From positions 190,466,001 through 190,530,000 of the forward strand of contig NC_058368.1 of the NCBI RefSeq assembly GCF_018350175.1: 64,000 bases of DNA, in the 5' to 3' direction. Position 1 is the stretch's first letter; each line of letters opens with the position of its first letter. The DNA is from Felis catus (taxonomy: Eukaryota). This document shows, in pieces, positions 61,540 to 64,000 of the stretch. Both the position numbers and the translations under genes were made by a program. The notes below the pieces were generated by a model. That model saw only the letters and a program-made list of their open reading frames with translations. It did not search any database and had not been told where the DNA came from.

Positions 61540-61939
61540 AACAAATAAACCAATGGGGCAGAATTGACAGCCCAGAAATAAACTCACACATATATATGGT
61601 CAACTAATTTTCCACAAAGGAGGCAAGAATTTACAATGGGGAAAGGATAGTGTCTTCAATAAATAGTGTTGGGGAAACTCGATATTCACATGTGAGAAAA
61701 TAAAATTGAACCCCTGTGTTACAGCACTCACAAAAATTAACTTAAAACAGATTAAAAACATAAACAGAAGACTGAAACCATAAGACTCCTAGAGGAAAAT
61801 ATAAAAAGGCTCCTTGACTTCATCTTGGCTCAGGAGGTCTGGGACCCTAGACCTTATGGATGGCATCTGAACTGAGCGCAATCTTGTTAATTCTGGCTAG
61901 TTAGTATGAGAATTGCATTTCAGTGCCTATTACCCAGGT

Positions 61940-63370
61940 TTATCTATTGTTAATCTCTTACTCTTTGCTTTATTATTTGGGTACTCCTCCTCATTTCCCC
62001 TAAATACTTCAGTGATATTTCTGAAAACTATATTCTCTTACACAACCATAATATAATTCTCAACATCAGTGAATTTAACATTGATACCATACTCTAAAAT
62101 TCATATTCCAATTTTGTCAGTTGACTCAATATCTTTTATAGCGATTTTATCTACCAATACAGAATGTGGTCTAGGGTCAGATATTACATTTAGGTGTCCT
62201 GTCTCCTTAACTTTAAACATTTTTTAAAACATTTCCATAGCTTTCCTTTGCCTTCTAAAACATAAGCAATTTTGAAAATGTTTTTTGTCGCCGTTTTTTC
62301 TTAAAACTTTTTATTTTGAAATAATATTACATTTACAGAGCAGTTGTGAAGTTAGTACAGAGTTCCCATGTATACTTGACCAAACTTCCCCTAGTGTTAG
62401 TATCTTCTATAACTATGGTACATTTGTCAAAACTGAAAAATTAACATTGATATGATACTATTAACTACAGACTTTAATCAGACGCACTAGTTTTTCCACT
62501 GATGTCTTTTTTCTGTTTCAAAATCCAATGCAGGATACCACATTGCATTTCAGTTCTTCTCCCTGACACCTGACCCCTCTTCCCCTCGACCCTCTACCCA
62601 CATTCTTAAGAGAATGTTTCTCAGTTTGGGTTTGCCTGATGGTTCCCTGTGATTGCATTTGGGGTGCACATTCTTGGCCAGAACACTGAGTAAGTGGTAT
62701 ATATTTCTGAGGGTATGAAATCTGGCAGCATCTGATACTCATCTGTCCTTCTTTGGTAATGTTAATTTTGATCACCCAATTAAGATGCTGTCTGATTTCT
62801 CCACTCTACCATTAGGTATGTTTTTCCTTTGCAACTAATAATGACCATGTAAATATCTTGTTCCTCATCAGAATTTCCCTACGGATTTAACATTTATTGA
62901 TACTTCCTGCCTGATCCAATCTTTATTAGGACAGTTGTAAAATGCTAATTTTCTATCTTCAGCTTGCTGTCCATATTCACCAGTCTTCCCTTAGCATTTT
63001 ACTATAATAATTCTACTTTATTTACCTGTCTACTTATTATAGGCATGAACTCATGAATCCTTATATTTTCTCTTGGTGGTTTATAATTCATTACTGCCTA
63101 AATTGTTTTGGTGTCTAAAGCTGGTTCCCGTGTCCTTGTAATGCCCTTGTCGCTTTTTGAATACCTCCTAACTTTTTGGAATATTCCAGGAAATGCCAGG
63201 CTCATCTTGTCCCAAACTGGCCTAAACTTTGGAATCATGCAGGTGGTCATTTCTCTTAGGAACCCATGTTTCTTTCAATGGAGAATGGTGTTAGAAACCA
63301 AAATCTGAGTGTTAGGTATGCCTGTTGCTAGTGAGAAGTCTTTACTTTTTGATCATTTCAACAGACAGGG
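61940..63370 (-). mobile_element. Cluster of old L1 3'-UTR fragments (L1MB/MC-like)
   Basis: ttttattttgaaataatttacatttacagag...agtacagagttcccatgtatac, and ggagaatggtgttagaaaccaaaatctgagtgttaggt. Confidence 0.75.
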
Positions 63371-64000
63371 CAGACCTTTGATTTTGTTTTTTGTAATAGA
63401 AACAGTGATGAATTTTACTCCTGACTTTAAAGCAGGTGTCTTATCCTTTCACTACTACGTGTAATATTTATTAGAAGTTTTTGATGCATGTCTTTTACCA
63501 GATTAAGGAATTTTTATTCTGATTTTGCTGATTGGCTTTATAAATATTGATATGTATATATTTTTTCTGTATATTAAATAATTCCTGCATTCATGTAGAC
63601 ATGGTTGATTATGTGATAAAATCAACTTGTTAATACTTTGTTTAGGAATTTTGCTCTTTTTTTTTTTAATCCTGCAAGTCTCTATTTTGGGAATTTTCAT
63701 TTCTGTCTTTCTGGGCTGCATTCTGAGTAATTTCTTTATATCTACCTTCCAACCAACAAATTTTCTCATTAGGGATGTTTAATCTCTATTTGTCCGACCC
63801 ATTGATAATAATATATAATAAATATATACTATTTACATAATAAATATGTATTATATATTTTTATTTCTAAGAGTTATTTGGTTCATTTTGAAAATTACCA
63901 GTTTTGGTAGTCTTCTGTTTCCATTTCTTATTTTTTAAATAATTTATAAACTGGAATTTTAAATTATCCATCTGATTCTAATATCTCAAGTCCTTGGGGA

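Larger units (their letters stand above)
58085..61828 (+). mobile_element. Degenerate LINE-1 (ORF1 3' end, inter-ORF, ORF2 endonuclease/RT), 3'-truncated, with two nested SINEs
   Basis: ORF2 remnants (LDQMDL..., aatatatatgcaccca, tccctgatgaatatagat, tcaatagatgcaaaaaagcatttgac, gatgacatgat) broken by many stops and frameshifts. Confidence 0.93.

Noticed and set aside
58085..61828. Active L1 or domesticated reverse transcriptase
   Set aside because: Numerous stops and frameshifts, a deletion just before the catalytic DD motif (~60730), nested SINEs, and truncation at both ends.
30400..64000. A further gene, TIM paralogue or processed pseudogene downstream
   Set aside because: I saw no IgV, mucin or other recognisable coding remnants. 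The region reads as repeat-rich intergenic DNA, though short exons or lncRNAs cannot be excluded by eye.
1..64000. tRNA genes, CRISPR arrays or prokaryote-type systems
   Set aside because: The A/B-box sequences belong to tRNA-derived SINE heads, there is no regularly spaced repeat-spacer array, and the sequence is mammalian.

Overview
Mammalian genomic DNA, very probably a small cat (Felis lineage), judged by 16 carnivore tRNA-derived CAN-SINEs, three of them very young SINEC_Fc-type copies with intact target-site duplications. The only protein-coding gene I can support is TIMD4 (TIM-4, phosphatidylserine receptor) on the + strand. Coding exons 2-9 were reconstructed by hand with consistent GT-AG boundaries and phases: 2331-2669, 5234-5461, 6846-6929, 8262-8345, 25250-25296, 26767-26860, 28138-28177 and 29086-29170 (333 residues plus stop). 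The signal-peptide exon 1 lies upstream of the window. The remaining ~34 kb is intergenic and dominated by L1, L2, MIR, CR1, MaLR/ERVL LTR and hAT remnants. I see no new multi-gene system. The most interesting signals are in TIMD4 splicing. The transmembrane exon begins with the same GTAAAA hexamer as the preceding intron's donor (recursive-splice-site geometry), and its loss would give an NMD-escaping secreted TIM-4. There is also an in-frame alternative acceptor at exon 6, evidence that the stalk exons arose by duplication, and no RGD motif or extracellular N-glycan sequon. Repeat-family names and comparisons with human/mouse TIM-4 come from memory, not from database searches.
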